Below are positions 26,601-40,979 of a DNA stretch of 64,000 bases, piece by piece (positions within the stretch are counted from its first letter, which is position 1; each line of letters starts with the position of its first letter). Source of the DNA: the human T2T-CHM13v2.0 reference genome, Homo sapiens; the NCBI RefSeq assembly GCF_009914755.1, contig NC_060936.1, one strand, 5' to 3'. A model generated the notes under the pieces. The model worked only from the letters and a program-made list of their open reading frames with translations, was not told where the DNA came from and ran no database searches. The translations under genes were made by a program, and so were the position numbers.

Positions 26601-26950
26601 AGTACAAGTGACTCTAAACACCCCCTTAGTGCCACATCAGTCTCGCCACCTCCCAGGACTAGGTGTCACCTGTATTGACCTCTTCCCCTCTGATTATAAA
26701 AGTAATATATGTTCATTGTGGAAAGTTTGGAAAATGCAGAAAATAAAATTAATAATTTACCCCAAATCCCACCATCCTGAGATCATCACTGTTAATGTTT
26801 TAGTGTATTTCCTTCCTGTATTTTTTCTATGCATATATAATTTATTTTACTACAAGATTGGGATCATGCTGTATTTACAGATTTGTATCCTGCTTTCTTT
26901 AACATATTGTGAGCATTTTCCCATGTCAATAAATATTCTTCAAAAAGTAA
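23650..26950 (+). other. RIC8B: RIC8B 3' UTR, with likely ends near 24920 and 26950
   Basis: Follows the stop codon; candidate poly(A) hexamers include 24071, 24891/24895 and 26928; AU-rich and UGUA elements. Confidence 0.65.
24891..24945 (+). terminator. RIC8B: Polyadenylation signal (overlapping ATTAAA/AATAAA) with downstream GU-rich element
   Basis: attaaataaa at 24891-24900, upstream TGTA motifs, then tctgtgtgtgtttcttt about 30 nt downstream. Confidence 0.75.
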
Positions 26951-26980
26951 TGGCTATATGATATTCCATTATGTGAATTG
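26690..26980 (-). mobile_element. Old L1M fragment containing + strand AATAAA (26928-26933)
   Basis: Antisense L1M motifs (cactgttaatgttttagtgtatttcc; tggctatatgatattccatt). Confidence 0.6.
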
Positions 26981-28009
26981 TGGCAGACACTGCTAGTTTC
27001 CTTCCCAATATTCTTTCTAACAGAAGACATCATGACCACCACGCCCATAAAAAAAAAAAAAAATTTAAAAAGGTGGTGCCTGCTGCCTTTCTAGAAGGCA
27101 GCATGAGTTGTTAGTGCTGAAGAGCAGCAGGAACTAGGGGTGGCACCAGGAGGAGCAGGCTTGCTCTGCCACACAGCAACAGTCTCACAGAAGCCTCGGC
27201 AGCACAAGTCAGAACAGCTAGAGTAAGTGCCCCGATAACTATAGTTTTTGTCAAGAAGAGTTATTTGAAGGGAGCGAGGGAGCCAGGTGACTTAGAAAAG
27301 TGCATTAAAAAAAAAAAAGACGTCAACCATGTTTAGTGTTTAGTCCAGTTATTCGCATTAATTTTCTTGGAGATATTCACTGCAGTTCCAGAAGTGGAGA
27401 ACACACAGGGTTGGGGAGTGATGTGTGACTCTCAGTTTTGAAAAGCAAGGTAACACGTGTCAGAATAGGTGTGTGATAAGCACGATATGGAGAACAAACT
27501 GTTCAAGGAACAAATTATGGGTGAGGAAGGGAGATATTTGTAGCAACTATGAGAAGGTTTAAGGAAAGGGAGAGGTATCTAGAGAGGACTTTAAGTGGTT
27601 TGACTCTGAGCACTGTGTTGAGTCCCTGCACCAGGTCTCCAGGTCTAAGAAACATCAAAGAATATCAGAGCAGCCTTTCTTAAAGCGGAGGGGACTGGAG
27701 ATCATGAAACCTACATGCCCTGAATTGTAGACAATGAACATACTCTCCCGTGCATCTAGAACAGTGTAAGTTATGTAACATTCTGAGAACTGAGAAAATA
27801 GTCACTCCAGTCACTTTCTGTGTTCTGTGGTCCAGATGAAACCTGGTTGAAAAAGGCTGTTCTAAGAGAAGAGATCAAAATTATTCTCCAAGGCTTCTGG
27901 AGTCAGATTTGCGTTTTCTTTTAGTGCAGCACCATGAAGATCCTAAGCCCTATCCTGCAGCTATATCCAGATCTCAGAGACCTTTACCTTTTCGGCACTG
28001 AACTTCACA

Positions 28010-28330
28010 ATAAGAGCTGCAAGTATTTGTTGAGCAATCACTGTGCCAAGCACTTGAAGTTAGACTGTGCACTAACATGCATGGTGTAAGAAGTCCATAA
28101 CCAAAGTCTGTACTGTGCACTGACATGCACAGTCTAACTTGAAAACAATCTTGAGAAGTAAGCACTATTATAATAGCTTCCATCCACTTTTCAGATGAGA
28201 AAACTAAGACATAAAGGTGTTAAGCACTGTGTGCAAGCACACAGCCCTCTCTATTTGCTTATTAATTGATACACATAGCAAAATTTGAACTCAAGCCTGA
28301 TGCCAGAGTCCATATAAATACTATGCTTCG
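28010..28330 (-). mobile_element. MIR containing a templated insertion
   Basis: MIR motifs (ttgagcaatcactgtgccaagcact; cacttttcagatgagaaaactaag) around a non-MIR insert. Confidence 0.6.
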
Positions 28331-28539
28331 AATGTATTGCTTCTGCAATCAGAAAAATGCAATAAAATCTTGCTTATTTGGAAGAAAAGAATGTCAGAAG
28401 AGACAAATGGGAAAAACAGAATTGGGAAAACAACACATTTTTCTTACTTCATTTCCATATCACACATTTCTTATCTAGCTCCCATTCAGGAACTAGTCTC
28501 AAAGATAAATCTATAGTCCCAAGCACACCAATCCATATC

Positions 28540-29150
28540 AATTTGTTCAATTAACATTGATTGAGCATTGACTATGTCCCAGGTACTCGTCAATGTGCTT
28601 GGGTATACAAACATAACTGAAAGGTCCTATCCCCTGAATACCCACAGTGTAAGAAGTCCATAACCAAAGTCTGTACTGTTACAGGCTGCCAGGATGAGGT
28701 ATGGCTAATGCTGGCCAGGAGGATTGCGGGGGGTGAATAACAAAGTTTTGTAGGTAACATATGCGTTTTCCATCCACTGGAAAAAGGCTGTTGCTACCAA
28801 AAGAACTGGGTCAAACACAAGCTCATGGGCAAAAGGTTTACAGAACACAAGTTGTTGAGTATGATGGAAACAGCTATCCCATGTCTCGTGATTGGACACA
28901 TGAGCAGCAGCCTTTCAGGCATGAAAAGGACCCCACCAGGAAGAGCACTCTGGCTGCCGTATAGAGAATGGATTGATGCAGGGACAGACAGAAGAGACCA
29001 GACAGAAAGCTGTTGCCTCTACCTGGGAGGGGCAAGTAGGGCCTGGATTAGAACACTGGCAGTAGACGTAGAAAAGGGGATGGACTCAAGAAATATTTCA
29101 AAGATAAAAGAAACACACTTTGATCTTGGAGAAAGGCAAGAAAGAGCTCA
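28540..29150 (-). mobile_element. L2 fragment
   Basis: Antisense L2 end (ttcaattaacattgattgagcattgactatgtcccagg). Confidence 0.6.
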
Positions 29151-30324
29151 TTTAACTCATGAGAATGAGAATGTTCGGAGAAAAGATCATCTGAACCATT
29201 GGCTCCTAACCTGTGAACTAAACAACTCTGGGTTTGGGAGTAGGAGAATAGAGTTAAGAGTTAATTCAAGGAGTCTGCAAATGTGTATGGTCACCAAACA
29301 TTATTTATATACCAAATAAACAATGCCTTGGACATGCAAGTACTCCTATTGTACAAATACTTATATATATACATGTTGACATGATAAAAGCTTATTTATA
29401 TAAGTTATTACTGCATTCTTAGTATCCTTTTGCCCATCTATTTTCTCAGTTAAAGCACGATAAGCCACTATTATGCGAAAGGAGACCCTGGAAAGTTCAG
29501 ACTTTAGAAAAAGAAATTCTCATAATTGAAAAAACTTATAACTCTTAGTAAAAAGTATCAGAAACTCAAATTGAACTAGCTTGGTAATGGAAGAACATGT
29601 GTCTTTTGTAAAGAAAGGAGGAGATGAACAACCAAGCTGTGGAAAGAATGGAGTGGGGTCTCGGTCACAGCTGAGACCTGAGTCTTATTTACAGGAGGAG
29701 ATAAAGGGATTTATAAAATCCATGTTCAGTGATGTCATGATGGTAACTTGAAGTCAACTGTGGTGGGAATGTTGACACCACGTGAATCAGCAAACACCAC
29801 AAATTAGAGCTTTTATTCCCCTGGAGAGCCAATTAAACATTTACCAGCAGTCACTGTAGTATACCCTGCAGAACCCCAGAATGGCTTGGGAATCAGAAAT
29901 ACCAGTAACATCTGCAAATAAGGGTGTGGGTAGGCTTTAAAACAGGCAAATTCCACTCTGCCACCAGCCCCTCCCACACACACACACTTGCAAGCATGTG
30001 CATGCAACCAGGTGACTCCCAATCCACCTCCCCAGCATAAGCCAGGAGTTTCACTGAGGAAGTTAATTCAAAAGGCTCTAGACCCTCAGACTCAGGCATA
30101 GAAGAAGAAAGGGAGATTCTTACTGAAAATGAGAGTCAGGTAAGAGACCACACATTGAATCACCGGATCTTCAGCCTCCTTCCCTAGTCAGCTCTAAGAA
30201 CACTGGCAGCCAGGACTCTTCTAGCTGAGAAAGCTGACCCAAAAGAAGAGATATAGAGAATGAATATTAGGAATCCTCCAATGAAATGCCCAGATCCTAG
30301 CCTTTTCACAGTCACTCAAGCCAC

Positions 30325-30810
30325 CATTCATTCATTCATTCAACAAATATACACTGAGTGCTAATATCCCAAGCACTGCAGAAGGTGCAAAAGACACAAC
30401 CGTGAACAAAACAAAGACCCTGACTTCATGGAGCTTTCATTCTTCTGGAGAAAGACAACAAATAAATCTAAACAGCATACTGTGCTGTCACATCAAGTGA
30501 CGATAAGTCCATTGGAAACAAAAGCAGAGTAAGGCCCAGGTGGAAGTTTTATAAAGGGTCATCAGGGAAAGCCTCTCTGATAAATTGTTTTTTGAGCAGA
30601 GACCTGAAAGAAGCGGGAGGAAAAAAGCCGAGTGAACACTTAAGAGATGTTCTCTTCTGGCAGAGGACCCAGCAAGTGCAAAGGCCCTGAGGCAGCAACA
30701 ATCCGGATATGACGGGAATGGCAGGGTGGCCAGTGCAGCTGGGACAAAGGAAGAAAGGGGGAGGGAGACAGGAGATGGTCAGAGAGAATGAGACCACATC
30801 ACGCAGGCCT
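30325..30810 (-). mobile_element. L2 fragment
   Basis: attcattcattcattcaacaaatat...ctgacttcatggagctttcattc, the antisense L2 terminus. Confidence 0.75.
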
Positions 30811-31372
30811 TGGAGAAGACACCCATTGGCTCACACCGAGCTCTCAATCAGGTTTTCTGTGTCTCACTCGTCCATATGGAGGGACAGTCCACAGGGTCTA
30901 GACCTTTGAGGAAATCCTCTCGCATGAAAAACAGAGGCCAAAACAAACCAAAAAAACAGGGAGCCAAAGAAAATGTCTACGAAACCACGATTAATTATCA
31001 TAGACTTCAGCTCTATTACAAGAAAAGAGCAGAACAATAAGCAAGAACTAAAAATAAATAAACCTAGAGCTGAACAAGGGAATTAAATAAAATAGAATTA
31101 ACTGATAAGCAGTACGCTGGGTAGTGGTTCACTTCATTATAAAGTGCAGTCATGAACCACCTAATGACATTTCAGTCAACAATGGGCAGTGCATATGCCC
31201 ACGGCCCTATGAGATTATAATGGAGCTGAAAAATTCCTGCAGCCTAGGGACATTATCGCCATCGTATCATCGTGGCTCAACGCATTACTCATGAGCTTGT
31301 GATGCTGCTGGTGTAAACAAACCTACTGTGCTGCCAGGCCTATACAACTATCACGTTTAATTATGTACAGAA

Positions 31373-31675
<303 letters not shown>

Positions 31676-31796
31676 TTATATACAGTACATAATACTTCAT
31701 CATAATAAATAACTATATTACTGGCTTATTTACTGTATTATGCTTTCTATCATTAGAGTGTACTCCTTCTACTTATTTTTTAAAAGTTAATGATAA

Positions 31797-32282
<486 letters not shown>

Positions 32283-33169
32283 ACAAAAAAGTTTTTAAAA
32301 GTAAAAAAAAAAAAAAAAAAGAAAAAATTTTAAAAATGGGAAAAAGCTTATAGAATAAGAACATAAAGGAAAATATTTTTGTACAGCTGTACAATGCATT
32401 TATGTTTTAAGCTAAGTGTTATTACAAGAGTCACAAAGTTAGAAATTTAAGTTTATAAAGTAACTAAGTTACAGTAAGCTAAGGTTAATTTTTCTTGAAG
32501 AAAGAAAACATTTTTTAATGAATTTAGTGTAGCCTAAGGGTACAGTGTTTACAAAGCTTACAGGAGTGTGCAGTGATGTCCAAGACCTTCCCATTCACTT
32601 GCCACTCACTCACTGACTCACCCACAGCAACTTCCAGTCCTGAAAGCTCAACTCGTAGTAAGTGCCCTGTACAGGTGGACCATCTTTTATCTTTTATACT
32701 GTACTTTAACTGTACCTTTTCTATGCTGAGACATGTTTAGATACACAAATCCCTCCCATTGTGTTACAGTTGCTTACAGTATTCAGTACAGTCACATGCT
32801 GTACAGGTTTGTGTCCTAGGAGGAACAGGCTATGCCATCTAGCCTAGGTGTGTAGTAGGCAAGACCATCCAGGTTTGTGTGAGTACACTCTGTGATGTTC
32901 ACACAATGACAAAATCACCTAATCACAAGATTCTTAGAACGCTTCCCTCTTGTTAAGGGCTGCCTGACTGTATACTTGAGTCTCTCAGAAAAACCAATAA
33001 CATACTGAGCTAGACACCGAGCATAAATATCACAAATATTGTGTGAAATTGGACAGTACCTGGGAGCAATCCAGCTCCAGGAGGGTCAGAAAACTGAAGC
33101 CAGAGTTTCAGGCTTCTTACACTTCCTGTGTTTCCACTTTGCTTTCCTTTGTTTTTAATTTGTTTTAAT

Positions 33170-33258
33170 TTTGTTTGTAGAGACAAGGCCTCCCTATGTT
33201 GCCAGGTTGGTCTCGAACTCCTGGGCTCAAGCAATCCTCCTGCCTCGACCTCCCAATC
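33170..33258 (-). mobile_element. Alu monomer fragment (FLAM/AluJ-like)
   Basis: gtagagacaagg...ctcctgggctcaagcaatcctcctgcc. Confidence 0.75.
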
Positions 33259-34003
33259 CCTTATTTTTTTAGTAAGTTTTTGTTTTTTTAAGTTCTCACC
33301 AGTCTTGACTGTGTTTAGGAGAGGTGTGGAAAGGGAGTTTTTTTCTAACTGGTACAAAACGGCCTGGAGTTTTTCTAAGCTTGCACAAAAAGGCTTGCTA
33401 TCATCATAACCATCATCGTTATCATCATCATCATCATCATCAGACAAAGCCGTAACAGCAGGAACTGAACTGTGAGAACATGCTGAAGGTAGAACTCAGG
33501 AGAACAGAGGGTCTCAGTACTATATTAGCAACTCTATCCTCTGGAGAATCTTCTTTCAGAGTTAGATCTTAGAGATCCTCATTTATATTTTATTTGTAAA
33601 GTCCAGCCTTCCTTTTCATTACCCCTGCTACATCTGCAGCCTGTTACAAACCTTACACTTTTTTTAAACTGTAAAAAGTGTTGCTTTCTCCAATGCAAAG
33701 CAGGAGATAGACAGACTCTCAGGAAAGAAGATGTATGTAATTATTACATGCATTATCTCACTTAAGGCTTCCAAGGATAGGAAAGGACCTTGTAACTGAT
33801 GAGAAATTGAGGTTCAGAGAGATAAAATCACTTGTTCAAAGGAAGTGAGCTAGCGTTTCACAGAACAAGGATTTCATAGTTATCTGTATGACCCTCAAAT
33901 TATGTTTTTAGTTACTAGATCACACTGTCTTATGAGATGATTTAGAGTCAATTCTTAAGAAACCTGTGCTAAACAATTACTCTCTTTGATTTGGCAGGCT
34001 GGC

Positions 34004-34433
34004 AAGAAGGGAAGAAAGGGAGGGGAGCGAAGGTAGGGGAGGGAGGGGAGGGGAAGGGAGGAAGAAGAGGGGAGGGGAGGTAGGGGAGGGAAGGGGAAGA
34101 AGAGGAGGGGAGGGGAGGAAGAGGAGGGGAGGGGAGGAAGAGGAGGGAAGGGGAGGGAAGGAAGAGGAGGGAAGGGGAGGGAAGGAAGAGGAGGGAAGGG
34201 GAGGGAAGGAAGAGGAGGGGAGGAGAGGAAGGGGGAGGGGAGGAGAGGAAGGGGGAGGGGAGGAGAGGAGGGGAGAGGAGGGGAGGAAGGGGAGGGGAGG
34301 GGGAAGGGGAGGAAGGGGAGGGGAGGGGGGAGGGGAGGGGAGGAAGGGGAGGGGAGGGAGGAGGGGAGGGGAGGAAGGGGAGGGGAGGGAGGAGGGGAGG
34401 GAGGGGAGGGGAGGGGAGGGAGGGGGAGAGAAG
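34004..34433 (+). repeat. Polypurine (G/A) low-complexity tract with 24-bp and 20-bp subrepeats
   Basis: Purines only from 34082 to 34433; gaggagggaaggggagggaaggaa x3 at 34140-34211. Confidence 0.95.
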
Positions 34434-36991
34434 CCATCATCAACCAGTCTCCATTTCTCACCTGCAAGTTCTCAGGAATAAGAATAACAAAATGTAATAA
34501 GTTACTCTGACAGTTGATGCACTAAGGGCTTTGTATGATTAATCTCATTTTAGTCCTCACAACAACCTTGTATCATCCCACTGCTTTTATTCCTAATGTA
34601 CTGATGGGAAGTGGTGGCTGAGCTTAGGTCACTTAACTACTTAGCAGTAGATTTGGAATCAAAAGCAGATTGGCAGATTCTAAGCCATGCCCTCTACCCA
34701 CCAAAGGACTCAGCACCCTCATCCAATATGCCTCTTCTTCATGCATCTCTATCTAGGGACACTTTCTAAGCATCCCTTGATACCATTTCTAGTTTCGAAT
34801 GTGAATGTCTTGGAAAACTGTCTAGCTGTCCATGTAGCCCACATAGCATATCCTGGGGCTCCACCTCCTGGTTCGGAATCAGTTTCATCAAATATTTTCC
34901 TTGACCATTGAACACCTGCCAGATTCACATCCCGCACATGAGCTCATTGACTGCCCATAGTGGAGTTGGGTGGTGCAAGTTTCTCCACTGCCATCCTTAT
35001 TTCAGACTGGGGTCCTGTGGCTCGGAGAGGTTGTGTTAATGGAGCTAGTGCACTGGAAAGCCACGACTTGAGTCCAGCTCTTTGGATTCCACGTCTCAAT
35101 TCTTTGTATCATGTAGACAGCTGGTTCTCAGGAGTGGATAATCCAGCCCACCTCATTCCAGTTGCATTAGAAACTTGGTCCTATTTCCTATGGCTCAAAT
35201 CCTCTTCTCAAGCCCTACTTCCTTTCCCAGAGGTGGAGCCTGGTTCACACTATAAGAGGCAGTAACCCAGGGGTGGGGGCTGCACAGGAGGGGGTGGCAA
35301 GGGGACACCTTTTGACCATCAATCTGAATATGGTATGTTTCTTTCTGCTACCTCTAATCCCTCACCATAGTCCCAACAACCATCATATCCATTTATCTTC
35401 AAAATCACTCAGAGAGTGTCCCCTTTGGAAGAGCAACCACTTCCATTGCCTGCCCTACCAGCATATCTGTTCCAACCAGACCCTCTGCTCCTGGCCAGAC
35501 CCAGCCATCCCAGACACACACCAGGTAGCTGTCAGGCAGCCTTCCGCATTTGGAAGTTTTTCAGCAAACATAATAAAAGTTTCCTTTCCACCAGGGTTGG
35601 GAAAAGCATCCCATCCTGAAAGACCAGACCACAAGCCTCTTAGTCTTAATACTTACTGAAACAGAAGTAAAAAGTAAAAAGGGCTTCTTAGTCTGGGGGC
35701 ACCATTCTTGGCCTGGCAAACTTATTTCCCATGCTCTTCACTGTAGAGAGAGGAGGGAGTTGGAGACGGAGTGTGTGGGTTGGTAGGAGCTACCCTCTCC
35801 CTGTTTTTCTTGGTGTCAATTAGCATAATTTAAAAGGCAAGGGGAAAAACCTGATATCTATGTGACTGCTTTCGCTTTAAACTTGTCCGACTTTGGAGGC
35901 TGATTATGGCCAAGTGACCCATATTTTAAAAACATTTACAATAAAATGATGCATTTTCTTTTTGTGCCATCAGCTTCCCTGATGAAAGGCAGAAATGCTT
36001 TAAAATTGTCCCTTTTTGTTAGCAGTAATGGCTGTGCTATATTTCAGCTCATCCCCCTCGTGGGCATAGAAAGGGAAGGGTAATAAAGGGCACAGCTGTA
36101 GACACTTTATGGCCTGCGTGGGGGGTGGGGTGGGGGAAGGGGAGTGGAGGCAAGAAACAGATTGACTGTGTGTCAACAAATGCAGCTGGGAAAGAGAAAG
36201 CTCTTGAAGACCTCTGCCACTTAAAAGTCCTGGATAAATGATGTTCCTATTTGGAAAGGAAAAAAATGGAGGTGAAATTCAATAAAGGATGGCTGAAAAG
36301 AGAAGGGTTCCAAAGGCCTTTCTCTGCAGCTAGGCAGCTCCCAAGAGAAATGAGCAAAAGTGGCCGTAGGCGACAGTGAGTGGGAGGGGGGCTGCAGCCC
36401 AAAGAGGCAACAAAGGCCCTTCCCGGCCAATGCATTACGACGCCAGGGTTGGCCAAGCCGGGCCCTCATGAGCCCGGCCAAGTTGGGGGTGGAAATGGTC
36501 GAGTTGAAAGAAATGCCCCAGGAAACCCTGACACAGTTATGTTTCAGGGCGTGCTCATGCCTTGCATTTGAGAAAGAAAAAGGCAGAAAATAGATGACCC
36601 CTTAGGGCAGAGGCTGAGTCAGGTTATGATAGAAAAAACATTGCTCTGGGGGTCAGGAGACTTAGATCGAGCCCCACCTCTGGCACTGACCAGCTTTCTG
36701 AGGTAAGCATGTCCACGAGCAGTGTCAGTCCTGGATCTGCAGGCCCTTGATTGGTGATGAAAACTTGCCCTTCCAGCGTCTCACTGGAATCTCACCAACA
36801 CCCTGGAAAGCAAGTTGGGATCCTTGGCCCCGCCATCTGCACATAAGAAAACGAAGTCTCAAGGAGGGAAAGTGCTTGCCGAGGGTCACACAAATAACAA
36901 ATAGAAGAGACAGTCTTCATCTCCAGGAGAATCCCTTCCTTCCTTTTCCATTCCATTGGCCTCGGCGAATGGGGAGAGAAGCTTTCCTTCA

Positions 36992-37416
<425 letters not shown>

Positions 37417-37419
37417 GCA

Positions 37420-37900
37420 AGGAGCAGAAACCTCACTCAGTCTGGCTTATATAAGAAGCGAATCTCACAACATCTGGAAGCCCAGAGGGTTGATCTAGCG
37501 GCTCCACGCTGGTAAGGAAGCATCGCTCTGCTCCATCACTGCAGAGAGAGCTTCATCCCGAAACCCATAGCCAAATGGCAGAAGTTCCAAGCATAACATC
37601 CAGACATGACAATAGCCAAGAAGATCGCCTTTCCCTGCAACTCCCTCTTAAGAGTAAGAAACCTTCCCAACAGACCTCCTGAAGACTCTTTGGACAGAAT
37701 TGGGTCATCTGCCCATTCCTGAACCAATTATCAAGGGAAATGGGATCACCCTTAGTTAATAAAAGCCTTTACATGGAACTAGGGCTCAGGTCAGCTCTCC
37801 CTGAAGCCCATGGTGAGGAGTGGAGATGTGAGAAAATAGGATTCTGCTGGAAAGAAAGTTGTAGAAACAAATTTTGGATATACAACCAATAGTGACCACT
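37420..37900 (-). mobile_element. Old MaLR LTR (MLT1K-like)
   Basis: cagaattgggtcatctgcccattcctgaaccaat motif typical of old MLT1 LTRs. Confidence 0.55.
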
Positions 37901-38065
37901 GAACCAACAGCATCCACTAAAGAGGTTTGAGAACTACATGGCTCTGACTATGTACCTGTTGGAATGGCTAAAATAAAGATGAAATGTGCCCCCAAAATGA
38001 GACAATGCATATTAAGTGCTTAGCATAACACCAGGCACATGGTAAGCAATCAATAAATACTATCT

Positions 38066-38377
38066 GTTATTATTATTGTTATTATTATTACCGAGATGGA
38101 GTTTCACTCTTTGTTGCCCAGGCTGGAGTGCAATGGCGTGATCTTGGCTCACCGCAACCTCCACCTCCCAGGTTCAAGTGATTCTTCTGCCTCGGTCTTC
38201 CGGAGTAGCTGGGATTACAGGCATGTTCCACCATGTCCAGCTAATTTTATATTTTTAGTAGAGATGGGGGTTTCTCCATGTTGGTCAGGCTAGTCTCAAA
38301 CCCCCAGCCTCAGGTGATCTGCCTGCCTTAAGCTCCCAAAGTGCTCGGATTACAGGCGTGAGCCACCACGCCCGGCC
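38066..38377 (-). mobile_element. AluSp/Sq-like element with (TTA)n tail
   Basis: gagtttcactctttgttgcccagg; ccatgttggtcagg. Confidence 0.9.
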
Positions 38378-38864
38378 AAGAGTCTGCATTTCTAACCAAT
38401 CACAGCTGAAAGCAGTGATACTGGTCTGCAGACCACACCTTGAGAAGCAAGGCTCTAGGTCTCAGGGAAAGCATGAATCAGAGGAATTGGAGAGAAATGG
38501 AGGGGAGGGGTTCTCCCACAGGTGGTGGGAACAAATCTAGAGTGTAATGTTCCAAAACTGTTATCAGGTCTGCATTTAAAGTTGGTGTCACTTAAGAAAC
38601 ATAGGTTACAAAATGACTGGTTACCACATATTAACAAGAATTAGACAAGCCTGGACTATACTATTGTGATTAAAACAACAAACAAATAGGTAGGGTGTTT
38701 TTAAAACACTCAATTGCTCTGCCGTCTTATTAAACACATGGCCTTATGAGGTAGATTTTAGCATTATCCCCATTTTACAGAGACTTCGATGAATTTGCCC
38801 AAAGTCACCCAATCAGCATAAGTGACTAAAACCAGATCAAATTTCCAGCTTGTCTAACTCTACA

Positions 38865-40052
<1,188 letters not shown>

Positions 40053-40979
40053 GCTACGTTCTTTTTTTTATTCCTCTAACATTTTATCACCCAAGCTTCC
40101 ACTCTCCAGCAGAAAAATAAGTAACCTTGTTTCATCTGTAGACCTAGAACCCGTCTTTGACTGACTCTTGCTCCCACTTGCTACAGCAGGACCCTAGTTA
40201 CAACAATCCCCAAAGTGCTTCTGGAAATCCCCATAAAGTATGTTGCATGGATTCACAAAATTAAGATAGCCATCTGTAAAGCTTAAGCTATATATATCCA
40301 GGTCGGTGTTGTTTCAATATTTCTTCCTCCACATCCTCACGCCCGTACCTAATATCCAGCCATACTTTTCTAATCACCATTCCTAGAACATCTGACGCAC
40401 CTGTTATACCTGCCCAAGCTCCTCTTCACTGATGAATCCCAACGTCTCTGCTTGGTGAACTCCGCTTTCAAAATCCATCTCAAAGTCCCCTCCTCTGTGA
40501 AGTTAAGAGTGCCTAGAAAAAATAAATCAGTGATTTTTTTCCTTCCATTGTGTCTTATTAATGAACATGTTTTATAAAGTGCCTGCCAGGAGCCAGAGTA
40601 TGAGGATTAAAATGAATTAATAACGTAGAGCTTAGCTCAATGCCCAGCACCCTAAAACCACTGCATAGGAGTTAGTTATGATGCCGATGATGACGGTGAT
40701 GATGCTGCCAGTGCGTCTCAGAGAGAGAAAGGACGAACGCACAACCCGGGATCCAAGGGGCCTGGAAGCTGCTGAGAAAGGCCCTCAGGAAATCCCAATA
40801 CCGTGCAAATTGAGCTTTGTAATAAGGCACAGGGCACTTTTGGATCACACGGACGGGATTCTTATCCAGCCTAGGTTCTGCAAGAGATCAAAAAAGTTCC
40901 TCCAAGGAGTGGGCATAGAAGGGAGCAGTATAAATAAAAATAAATGCACATTCCAAGAAGCTGCTAAAGCTCTAACCTT

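Noticed and set aside
28825-29319. 164-aa ORF
   Set aside because: Lies largely in antisense L2 sequence; no protein similarity recognised.
33010-33447. ORF starting with poly-Asp
   Set aside because: Derived from an (ATC)n microsatellite plus an Alu fragment.
33955-34467. 170-aa proline-rich ORF on the minus strand
   Set aside because: It is a translation of the polypyrimidine strand of the low-complexity tract, which cannot contain stop codons.
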